A stretch of DNA of 58,920 nucleotides, from assembly GCA_030426125.1 (NCBI GenBank), contig JAUHZB010000005.1, forward strand, positions 1 to 58,920, given 5' to 3'. The stretch is from a bacterium. Its GTDB lineage: Bacteria; Patescibacteriota; Saccharimonadia; Saccharimonadales; AWTP1-31. Each line of letters opens with the position of its first letter. Within the stretch, counting starts at the first letter, position 1. Positions 9,978 through 17,946 of the stretch are shown here, piece by piece. Under the pieces are notes generated by a model. It made no database searches. It had not been told where the DNA came from and was given only the letters and a program-made list of their open reading frames with translations. The position numbers were made by a program, and so were the translations under genes.

Positions 9978-10586
9978 GTGGGAAATGACTTTCAACTAAC
10001 CTTACTGATTGTAGTGCTAGGCGGTATCTTTTCGTTACTACTGGCCTTTATTTGGATTGCCGTCCGAATTGGACCGAAGGGTCGTAACCTTCGTAGTCAT
10101 AGCGGAAATAACAATGAGTTGTTTGATGAGACATACCGTCAGAAACTACAAGCTAGAGGGGTGGCTAGGTTTGAGCGAACTTTGGATCAAAACGCTACCG
10201 TACTGCAAAAAGAGTTAAGCAACGTTAGCGAAGAAGTGACGCAGTATATAAAAGACAATATTGGTCAGATTCTAGGTGATCAGCTCGATGATCAGAAACA
10301 GGTGGTTCGAGCAGCTGAAGAAAAAATGGCTCAATCTTTTAAAAACATAGATAATGCGCTAACTGATTACCAAAAAAGCATGCAAGCCGAAATGCATCAG
10401 CAACTACTCAAGCAGGTAGATAGTCGGGTGCAGTTTCTAGACCAGAATATGTCAGAGATTATCAATAGCTACATCCAGCAAACGCTAGCTAGCGAATTAG
10501 ATGTTTCCGATCAGATTAAAGGCATCGTAGCAAACCTAGAAGCCAATAAGTCTGCCATAGTTGAGGATTTAAAGCGTGAAGTCTGA
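9978..10586 (+). CDS. N-terminal TM plus long coiled-coil protein (ATP synthase b-like architecture)
   Basis: single N-terminal TM helix, Q/E/K-rich helical remainder; overlaps next gene. Confidence 0.6.
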   Translation: MGNDFQLTLLIVVLGGIFSLLLAFIWIAVRIGPKGRNLRSHSGNNNELFDETYRQKLQARGVARFERTLDQNATVLQKELSNVSEEVTQYIKDNIGQILGDQLDDQKQVVRAAEEKMAQSFKNIDNALTDYQKSMQAEMHQQLLKQVDSRVQFLDQNMSEIINSYIQQTLASELDVSDQIKGIVANLEANKSAIVEDLKREV

Positions 10587-11034
10587 TCCTTCCATAGCCC
10601 TACATATTTCGATTGTCTCCGCTCATGACCTAGGTCTAATCCAGCGAGAATTGTTCTCTATCGACTCTAATATTAAAGCTCACGGCTCCTCGGTAGTGAG
10701 TAGAATAAAACCATCTGGGCAGTTAGATAACTTAATAAAATCTAGCGGTATTGATTTAGGCGATGACCAGCAGCGCCAACTATTGAGCCAACAGTTACAG
10801 TTCGTTAGGCGAACTGCACCTAATGTAACGTTAGTATTTGCAAAACGACCCGACAGTCGATCGCTGTTGATGTTAGTTAAGTGGTTCCGAGAAAATGGTC
10901 ACCCAAATACTTTAATCAATGCGGTAACTGACCCTTCAGTCGGTGGTGGTTGCGTTGTTAAGACGGCTTCTAAGACTTTCGACTTTAGTTACCATAAGTT
11001 GTTTAGTAAGCAACCAATAAAGTTAACTAGATAA
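10576..11034 (+). CDS. ATP synthase delta/OSCP C-terminal-like protein
   Basis: VTDPSVGGGCVVKTASKTFDFS matches the delta-subunit vDpsliGGlvi...iDxS motif. Confidence 0.6.
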   Translation: MKSDPSIALHISIVSAHDLGLIQRELFSIDSNIKAHGSSVVSRIKPSGQLDNLIKSSGIDLGDDQQRQLLSQQLQFVRRTAPNVTLVFAKRPDSRSLLMLVKWFRENGHPNTLINAVTDPSVGGGCVVKTASKTFDFSYHKLFSKQPIKLTR

Positions 11035-11062
11035 TAGTTTTATAATATTGTAAAATATACAG

Positions 11063-12139
11063 ATGCAAAAGAGGCAAAAAGTATTCGTTGGTTTAAGTGG
11101 TGGTGTCGATAGCTCGGTCACCGCAGCACTGCTACTTGAGCAGGGCTATGACGTCACTGGTGTATACATGAAAAACTGGAGTAAAGATTTACCTGGGATG
11201 GATTGTCCATGGAAGCAGGATTACCAAGATGCTAAGCGGGTAGCTGTGCAACTGGGTATTCCTTTTAAGATGTATGACTTCGAGAAGCAATACCGTAGTA
11301 AGGTGGTCGACTACATGCTAGAAGAATATCGGGCCGGTAGAACACCTAACCCAGATATTATGTGTAATCAGGAGATCAAATTTAAGTTGTTCTTTGAAAC
11401 GGCAATAGCTGACGGCGCCGACCTTGTAGCCACCGGGCATTATGCAAAGACTAGAAATATCCATAATTCATCCAATCGCAACGGACAACTTCTCAAAGCC
11501 AAGGATGATAATAAAGATCAGACTTACTTTCTCTATCGTATACGCGAAGAAGTGCTTAGTAGAACATTGTTTCCTTTAGGGGAATACACCAAACCACAGG
11601 TTAGAAAACTTGCCGAAAAATTCAAGCTAGTCACTGCTAGTAAAAAAGAAAGTATGGGTATTTGCTTCGTCGGCAAAGTTGGCATAAAGGACTTCTTGCT
11701 TCATGAATTAGGTCCACAACAGACAGGAGAAGTAATTGATGAAAATGGTAAAGTTGTTGGCCAACATGACGGTGCCATTTTCTACACCATTGGCCAACGC
11801 CACGGCTTAGATGTTGGTGGTGGTTTGCCGTATTATGTTACAGGCAAAGATATGCAGAAAAATCAGGTATTTGTTACTACCGACCTTAATGACTCTAGTT
11901 TATGGAAAGCAGATATTAGAGTCCAGGATGTTCATCTAATAAACGGTCAACCAAAAAGCAGTGATATTGAGGTTAGGACTCGGCACCGGGCCCCACTAGT
12001 TAAGGGTCGGATATCCTTCCAAAAAGAAGATAATAAGGCTTCAGTTAAGTTAGATAAAGATATTAGAGCGCTAACACCTGGACAGTCAGTTGTGTTTTAC
12101 CATGGTTCAACCGTGGTCGGTGGTGGGATAATTTACTAA
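11063..12139 (+). CDS. mnmA: tRNA-specific 2-thiouridylase
   Basis: SGGVDSS, TPNPDIMCN, ATGHYA, KDQTYFL, YTIGQRHGL, TPGQSVVFY. Confidence 0.97.
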   Translation: MQKRQKVFVGLSGGVDSSVTAALLLEQGYDVTGVYMKNWSKDLPGMDCPWKQDYQDAKRVAVQLGIPFKMYDFEKQYRSKVVDYMLEEYRAGRTPNPDIMCNQEIKFKLFFETAIADGADLVATGHYAKTRNIHNSSNRNGQLLKAKDDNKDQTYFLYRIREEVLSRTLFPLGEYTKPQVRKLAEKFKLVTASKKESMGICFVGKVGIKDFLLHELGPQQTGEVIDENGKVVGQHDGAIFYTIGQRHGLDVGGGLPYYVTGKDMQKNQVFVTTDLNDSSLWKADIRVQDVHLINGQPKSSDIEVRTRHRAPLVKGRISFQKEDNKASVKLDKDIRALTPGQSVVFYHGSTVVGGGIIY

Positions 12140-12163
12140 TTTCTGTGCACTAAGCTTCGTAGA

Positions 12164-12544
12164 CTAATCTTCATACATTGCTGCTAACTCACTGGAGCAG
12201 TGCCAGGTGGGTTGGTCTGCTGATTGTTGGCTAGGACCTACGCAGTCAGCACGCAGTGTATTGACCCACTCAACTAAATTTCGAATTTCATCAGCATTAT
12301 CTATGTTAACAATCTGTCTTAGCTTTTGGTGTACAACTGGGCAGTGCAAAAAACAGCTGTCGTTAGGGTCTTCTTCCTCCAACGTGAATTCATCTGTTTG
12401 GATGGTTATTGGAATGGGCTCTAGTTTTGGTTGTTGCTCCGGATCAACATTGCCAGGGTGGGTGCAGGCCTCGAAGGACCTTTCTGGACCACCAGAATTA
12501 GAAGGTCTAGGACTATCAAAATTGGCAAGTTCAAGGGTATTCAT
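12164..12544 (-). CDS. hypothetical protein
   Basis: 126 aa acidic, Cys-containing ORF; TATACT 8 nt upstream of ATG on minus strand. Confidence 0.5.
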   Translation of the reverse strand: MNTLELANFDSPRPSNSGGPERSFEACTHPGNVDPEQQPKLEPIPITIQTDEFTLEEEDPNDSCFLHCPVVHQKLRQIVNIDNADEIRNLVEWVNTLRADCVGPSQQSADQPTWHCSSELAAMYED

Positions 12545-12703
12545 AATTAACTTAGTATACTATAAAAATAGCCGATAGTCAATTTTGGGCATATTCATTG
12601 AGGGTTAACATCAGATTTGCTTATGCTATACTGATTAGTATGAGTTGGGTAGAATTAGGCACCAGTTATTTATTGGTTTTCTCAGTAAATATGGGGGTTA
12701 CCA

Positions 12704-13537
12704 GTGCCTAGATTACCTATCCCCGGTGAAGATAGTGGCACCTGGGGTGATATATTAAATGAATATCTATCTGTTTCCCATAACGCTGATGGTAGCCTAA
12801 AAAGTTCAGCTGTTTCCGACAGTGGAGCTACTGGCCCCGAAGGGCCGCAAGGTCCAGCCGGTCCACAAGGGCCAGCTGGTGATGATGGCGCAGATGGACA
12901 GGACGGCGCAGATGGTGCTCCTGGGGCTACAGGTAATGATGGCGCTGACGGCCAAAATGCCTATTTTTATACTGTTTATTCGAATTCATCTGATGGTACC
13001 GGCTTTAGTGCAACCTATTTAAACCAGACTTACATAGGAACGTTAAGTACTGATACAGTTTACAATCAGGCAGGGCTTGAGGCATTAGACAAAAGTAGCT
13101 ACCAGTGGTTGAGAATCAAAGGTGAGGATGCGCCTACCGATCATGGAGATTTGGATGGCCTAGCTGATGATGATCATACCCAGTACCACAATGATACCCG
13201 TGGGGATGCGCGCTACACACAGCGCAGTAATGACCTATCTGATTTAAACGACAATACCACTGCGCGCTCGAACTTAGGGCTTGGTTCGGCTGCAACATCA
13301 GACATAGGTGATTTTGCAACAGCTGCGCAAGGTACAACTGCTGATTCTGCTGTGCAACCTGGTGACTTATCGACTGTTGCAACTAGCGGTTCTTATGATG
13401 ATTTGGCCGATAAACCTAACCTAACCAACAACGTGCTTGGTAATGGTACTATAAACACTGTTGTAGCATTGACTCAGGCTGAGTATGATGGATTAACCCC
13501 AGATGCGAACACTTTATACATAATTACGGAGGCATAA
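12704..13537 (+). CDS. collagen-repeat, phage tail-fibre-like protein
   Basis: 15 Gly-X-Y triplets; DHGDLDGLADDDHTQY, LSDL...ARSNLGLGSAAT, VATSGSYDDLADKP and LTQAEYDGLTPDANTLYII motifs familiar from phage tail fibres; no signal peptide. Confidence 0.8.
   Translation: MPRLPIPGEDSGTWGDILNEYLSVSHNADGSLKSSAVSDSGATGPEGPQGPAGPQGPAGDDGADGQDGADGAPGATGNDGADGQNAYFYTVYSNSSDGTGFSATYLNQTYIGTLSTDTVYNQAGLEALDKSSYQWLRIKGEDAPTDHGDLDGLADDDHTQYHNDTRGDARYTQRSNDLSDLNDNTTARSNLGLGSAATSDIGDFATAAQGTTADSAVQPGDLSTVATSGSYDDLADKPNLTNNVLGNGTINTVVALTQAEYDGLTPDANTLYIITEA
12824..12958 (+). repeat. collagen-like (Gly-X-Y)15 coding repeat
   Basis: GATGPEGPQGPAGPQGPAGDDGADGQDGADGAPGATGNDGADGQN. Confidence 0.9.
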
Positions 13538-13540
13538 CAC

Positions 13541-13987
13541 GTGGCATTACCAAATACTGGAATAGTAATACCGAACATCTTCGCTGATGGGCATGATATC
13601 GATTGGGATGGCGACACTTTTAAATGCGCCTTATTCAATTCCTCATGGTCTCCAGATGTTGATTCAGTTCTTGGGTACACAACAACTAACGAAGTGACCG
13701 GTACGGGATACACAGCTGGTGGGAAAGCATTAACTAGCGTCAGTATAACTCGTAGTGGCGGGCAATTTTTATTTACCGCTGATGATGTGGAGTTTACGGG
13801 CGCAACTCTTACTGATGTAGCTGCAGCTGCTGTATATTCGGATAACGCTTCTAGCCCGGTTAGTAAACCAATAATAGCTGTTTTTAAGCTAACTGCAACT
13901 GGTGCCAATAATGGCGGGACTTTCCGTATAATTTGGTCAGATAATCCGGTGGATAACACTATCATTCATATTAGTGGAGCATCATAG
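13541..13987 (+). CDS. phage minor-tail-like structural protein
   Basis: IDWDGDTFKCAL...NEVTGTGYTAGG...FTADDVEF...GGTFRIIW pattern seen in phage tail-region proteins. Confidence 0.65.
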   Translation: MALPNTGIVIPNIFADGHDIDWDGDTFKCALFNSSWSPDVDSVLGYTTTNEVTGTGYTAGGKALTSVSITRSGGQFLFTADDVEFTGATLTDVAAAAVYSDNASSPVSKPIIAVFKLTATGANNGGTFRIIWSDNPVDNTIIHISGAS

Positions 13988-13990
13988 ACT

Positions 13991-15724
13991 ATGCCAATAA
14001 CCACTGTAACCTGTATTGAGGATGCAGATGAAAGGCAGAACGAGAGCAATTTCGTCTCATCTCGAGGATATATTGATTTACTGCAACATACTTCTACGGG
14101 TAATGCTAGAACCGGTGCTTGGCTCTTTCAGGTCCCGGATACTGTAGTCATCGATGATATCACTAACGTTGAAATGTCCTTTACGCGCGCCAATACGACT
14201 GGCACTTATGGCGATTTAACAGTGGAATCTGATGCTGATTCTTTGGCGGTTGGGCTTACAAGTAGATTTACCTCTGCTGAGTCACAAAATGGATCTGTTG
14301 CCTGGGACCCAGTTGGTGGCAGTACAGGTGATCCTGCATCTTCGGTAGATTTTGCTACTCCTTTGAAGTCAGCACTAAATAATTCAACTGCTAGCGGTGG
14401 TTACTACACAGTAGCAGTAATTTTTAAGGCAGATATTGGCGCCCCTGTGTCTCTTAGGGTAGCCGACATTGAGCATGCTACATATGATCCAGCAGATTTA
14501 GTAATAACTATTGCAGCTCCGACCAATTTTGATGCCGAACTAGATGGTGAAATTAGTACCCAAACTACTATTGATGCACTACTGATAGATGAAGACGTAG
14601 ATTATAGTGTGGTGTCAGCACTAGGTACTGGCGATGGAGCAGGAGCTCGCAAGCTTGATGTATATCCTGCCAGAAATGGGGAGCCGGGTAGTAATGGGTT
14701 TCCAGCTATAGTGTTCGCTCATGGCGGAAGATGGATAGAAGGTTCAAAAAGTCTAGGAATGACTGAAAATAATTTATCTCGGAATTTAGTAACTAAGATG
14801 ATTGATGAGGGGTATAACTTTGTATCGGTCGAGTATCGAAAAGTGCAGTCGAATATTAACCCCGGTGCAATTTTCCGCTCATTTCCGCAGAACGTCCATG
14901 ATATCTATGCATCATTAAAATGGTTCGAACTAAATTCTTCGAACTATAATGCAGATAGTACTAGGGTGGTGGTGTCTGGCTATTCAGCCGGAGGTCACTT
15001 GGCGGCCTTTGCTGGCTTAGTGGCCAATAACAGTGATTCAACTACCTATAATGGATCACAAAATGATGCAGGAGATCGGCCAGCCGGTTATGGCTATGAA
15101 GACGATGCAGATCCGTGGCAATTCGATTTCGATGAAAACGGTGAGCTGTCTTTATCTAATCCACCGATCGGTATCATGCTTTGGGATGCGCCAATAGATC
15201 TTTGGGAGGTGGCTACTATGAGTGGTGGTGCAGGAGCGGCCAACACTAATGCCCGCCGGGCCTTGATGGGCGAAACTCAACTTAATACTGTTTCTTCTAC
15301 TAAAGACGAAGCTGATATTAATCACTATATTGCTGGTGACGGTAATATCTTTAACTCTGCTCAAAATGCTGCCTCAATTCCACCAATCTTTTTTGTGTAC
15401 AGTACCAATGAAGATTTAGTTTCCAATGAAGCATCCATCGATGCTTTAGATAGCTCGCTAAACTCTATTGGCTACGATGTCTCGACTGCATCCGGGGTTT
15501 TGAATCCAAATAACGGATTAACTCGACATGGTGTAGCCCGTGATCACGCCGATGTATTGCGGGGTCAGGATGCTGATTTTCCAATGGAGATAGAGTGGTT
15601 GGCTATAGTTAGCGCCAGCTCAGGATCCACTCACTACGTTGGCACAAATACAATAGCAGCCATTCGATTAGGTTCTGCATCTGTAGGTAAAGCCTATCTA
15701 GGTGAGAATCAGATTTGGCCCTAG
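13991..15724 (+). CDS. alpha/beta hydrolase (esterase) with N-terminal beta-rich domain and phage-fibre-like C-terminal motif
   Basis: HGGRW oxyanion motif, GYSAGG nucleophile elbow; C-terminal AIRLGSASVGKAYLGENQIWP. Confidence 0.75.
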   Translation: MPITTVTCIEDADERQNESNFVSSRGYIDLLQHTSTGNARTGAWLFQVPDTVVIDDITNVEMSFTRANTTGTYGDLTVESDADSLAVGLTSRFTSAESQNGSVAWDPVGGSTGDPASSVDFATPLKSALNNSTASGGYYTVAVIFKADIGAPVSLRVADIEHATYDPADLVITIAAPTNFDAELDGEISTQTTIDALLIDEDVDYSVVSALGTGDGAGARKLDVYPARNGEPGSNGFPAIVFAHGGRWIEGSKSLGMTENNLSRNLVTKMIDEGYNFVSVEYRKVQSNINPGAIFRSFPQNVHDIYASLKWFELNSSNYNADSTRVVVSGYSAGGHLAAFAGLVANNSDSTTYNGSQNDAGDRPAGYGYEDDADPWQFDFDENGELSLSNPPIGIMLWDAPIDLWEVATMSGGAGAANTNARRALMGETQLNTVSSTKDEADINHYIAGDGNIFNSAQNAASIPPIFFVYSTNEDLVSNEASIDALDSSLNSIGYDVSTASGVLNPNNGLTRHGVARDHADVLRGQDADFPMEIEWLAIVSASSGSTHYVGTNTIAAIRLGSASVGKAYLGENQIWP

Positions 15725-15749
15725 TTTTGTTTGTTAATTTTCTAAGTTA

Positions 15750-15962
15750 TTAATTTGGGTTGTTTCTGCCACCATAGCTACTTTGACCATAACCGAGTGT
15801 CTGATTGTCCAGTTTATTGGTAGCGCCGGAGCCTAAGCTACGATTAAGGTTTTTGAGAAAAGAAGTGATTCCCAACACCGATAATAAGGTAGCTCCAGTA
15901 AGACCCAGAAATTCCGCCCTGGTTAGCTCTTTTTTTAGGAGTTGTTCTAAATTTAGCCTCAT
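15750..15962 (-). CDS. small Tat-signal-like peptide (TRAEFL + hydrophobic core + GYGQSSYGG tail)
   Basis: resembles S/T-R-R-x-F-L with second Arg replaced; lies 0.4 kb from tatC. Confidence 0.65.
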   Translation of the reverse strand: MRLNLEQLLKKELTRAEFLGLTGATLLSVLGITSFLKNLNRSLGSGATNKLDNQTLGYGQSSYGGRNNPN

Positions 15963-16032
15963 AACTTCAGTACCTAGCAAACGCTTATGATAATATATTA
16001 TTGTAAAGACATTAGCTTAATGATGCAAACTT

Positions 16033-16284
16033 ATGGATATGTTTAACATTAATACAGTAAAATCAGTTCGCTTCGCTGCCGAAGTAAATACTCGCTACGG
16101 CCAAGATGCCTACAACGCCGAGGTCTATAGTGGCAGTACTGTCAATACCCTCCCACCAAAACAGGACTATTCCGGCGATTTGTCTGCTACCGGAAATGGA
16201 ATATATATAGCGATGATTGCCGTTGGTTTACTGGTAACATCCATAATAATTAGGCGAATTCTTAAGCGCCAGGAAGCCAAGTAG
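16033..16284 (+). CDS. small protein with C-terminal sortase-like sorting signal (LSATG-TM-RRILKR)
   Basis: LxxTG, hydrophobic stretch and basic tail; YGQDAYNAEVYSG motif; no N-terminal signal. Confidence 0.65.
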   Translation: MDMFNINTVKSVRFAAEVNTRYGQDAYNAEVYSGSTVNTLPPKQDYSGDLSATGNGIYIAMIAVGLLVTSIIIRRILKRQEAK

Positions 16285-16345
16285 ATGTATGGTTTCTAGC
16301 TTGATTTCTCTACATTTATATAAATTTTAGCTATAGTCTATAGTT

Positions 16346-17110
16346 GTGAGCAGTCTAACCCACGGTCAGAAAATATCGGTCGAAGCGCATATTAACGAAC
16401 TTAGACAGAGGCTGTTGTGGTGTGTATTGGCACTAATGATCGGCGCTGGAATAGGCTATAAGTATAATCAGGAGATAATTCAATTTTTAGTTCGCCCACT
16501 TGGTCAGCAATTATTCTACACTAGTCCAACTGGTGGCTTTGACTTCTTAATCAAGATTTGTGTTTTCTTTGGCTTCTTATTAGCCATTCCAGTGGTTATA
16601 TACAATATTCTGCGCTTTATTGAGCCGTCAGTTCCAGCTCGAGTTCCATTTAAGGTTTACCGATTAGTGGTGGTATCTATTCTTTTAGCACTGGCTGGTG
16701 CCTCATTCGCTTACTTTGTTAGTTTGCCGGCTGCGCTTTACTTCCTAGACAACTTTAATAATGAACAGATATCTTCTTTAATATCGGCTCAGGAGTATTT
16801 TAATTTTGTCTTGCTATATATTGGCGGCTTTGCAGTATTGTTCCAAATGCCGCTAGTTTTTTTGTTTATTAACAAGGTAACACCGTTAAAACCATTGTCG
16901 CTGTTTAAAAAACAAAGAATTGTAATACTCGGTAGTTTTATAATTGCAGCCATTTTAACCCCAACTCCAGATCCAATAAACCAAACCATAATGGCGGTAC
17001 CGATTATTGGCTTGTACCAAGCCTCAGTGGTGGTTGTTTGGCGTGACGGTCGTAAAGGTCATAGACCTAAGCCGAAGATAAGTTCTAATTCTCGGGCCAC
17101 TAAAGAGTAG
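16346..17110 (+). CDS. tatC: Sec-independent translocase subunit TatC (divergent)
   Basis: HINELRQRL, YTSPTGGF, FQMPL, AAILTPTPDP; six TM segments. Confidence 0.93.
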   Translation: MSSLTHGQKISVEAHINELRQRLLWCVLALMIGAGIGYKYNQEIIQFLVRPLGQQLFYTSPTGGFDFLIKICVFFGFLLAIPVVIYNILRFIEPSVPARVPFKVYRLVVVSILLALAGASFAYFVSLPAALYFLDNFNNEQISSLISAQEYFNFVLLYIGGFAVLFQMPLVFLFINKVTPLKPLSLFKKQRIVILGSFIIAAILTPTPDPINQTIMAVPIIGLYQASVVVVWRDGRKGHRPKPKISSNSRATKE

Positions 17111-17175
17111 TTGCATAGCCCCAGAGTCTGGACTATACTTGAAGATGTATAAGTCTAAAGTAAGTGAGGATTAAC

Positions 17176-17361
17176 ATGTTTGGATTGGGAACCGGTGAAC
17201 TTCTACTAGTTCTATTGATACTACTATTATTATTCGGTGCAACTAAGCTACCTAAATTATCTCGTTCAATTGGCGAATCTGCCCGTGAACTTCGAAAAGG
17301 GATGAATGGCGAGCCAGAAGACAAAACTGAAGAAAAGCCAAAATCTAAGTCAAAGAAATAG
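17176..17361 (+). CDS. tatA: Sec-independent translocase subunit TatA
   Basis: MFGLGTGELLLVLLILLLLFGATKLPKLSRSIGESARELRKG; GAGGA SD. Confidence 0.93.
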   Translation: MFGLGTGELLLVLLILLLLFGATKLPKLSRSIGESARELRKGMNGEPEDKTEEKPKSKSKK

Positions 17362-17383
17362 CAGATAAAGCAACAATCTTACT

Positions 17384-17420
17384 ACTAGTCTGAATTAACT
17401 TTCAGGCTAGTTTTTATTTT
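17384..17420 (+). terminator. intrinsic terminator after tatA
   Basis: ACTAGTCTGAA/TTCAGGCTAGT stem followed by T-run. Confidence 0.75.
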
Positions 17421-17435
17421 AACCATCGTTTATGT

Positions 17436-17852
17436 TTACTCAGTTTCGCCAAGTAGTCTATCGATGTTCTGCATCTGCATTTCAACCCAGTCCGTAAACT
17501 GCGAATCATTCATCGGACCTAGGTCTGCATTACTGGGAGCAACTGCAGTTAGATCATGTACTGGTACTTCGGCATCAAGTAGCTGTTTAAACTGCAATTC
17601 GCCGGGAACATTAGCGATTACTGGTTCTTTAGTAACTTCACAGCGAACCATCAGGGCAGCAATTCCTAAGCTTTGACCGTATCTTATGAGGTCGTGCTGG
17701 TAGTTTTCTTGAGGCGGAAGTAGGTTGATCCAGGTATTGATGGTGCTATCAAACTCCTCTCCGTGTTCCGGGCAGGTAAAGTCAATTTGCCGATTTTTGA
17801 ATAGCTTGCGTAAATTCATATCTATTGCATAATTATAACATAGCTTAATCAC
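17436..17852 (-). CDS. hypothetical protein (likely start ATG 17819)
   Basis: ORF with CPEH and RCE motifs; TATAAT upstream of second Met. Confidence 0.5.
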   Translation of the reverse strand: MIKLCYNYAIDMNLRKLFKNRQIDFTCPEHGEEFDSTINTWINLLPPQENYQHDLIRYGQSLGIAALMVRCEVTKEPVIANVPGELQFKQLLDAEVPVHDLTAVAPSNADLGPMNDSQFTDWVEMQMQNIDRLLGETE

Positions 17853-17946
17853 TTTGTCGATATCAGGAAAGACTGTTTACGATAAAATAAATTAACAGAT
17901 GTAGCTGGGCTTAATTTATTGTCTGTTAACTGCTATAATCTGCTCT

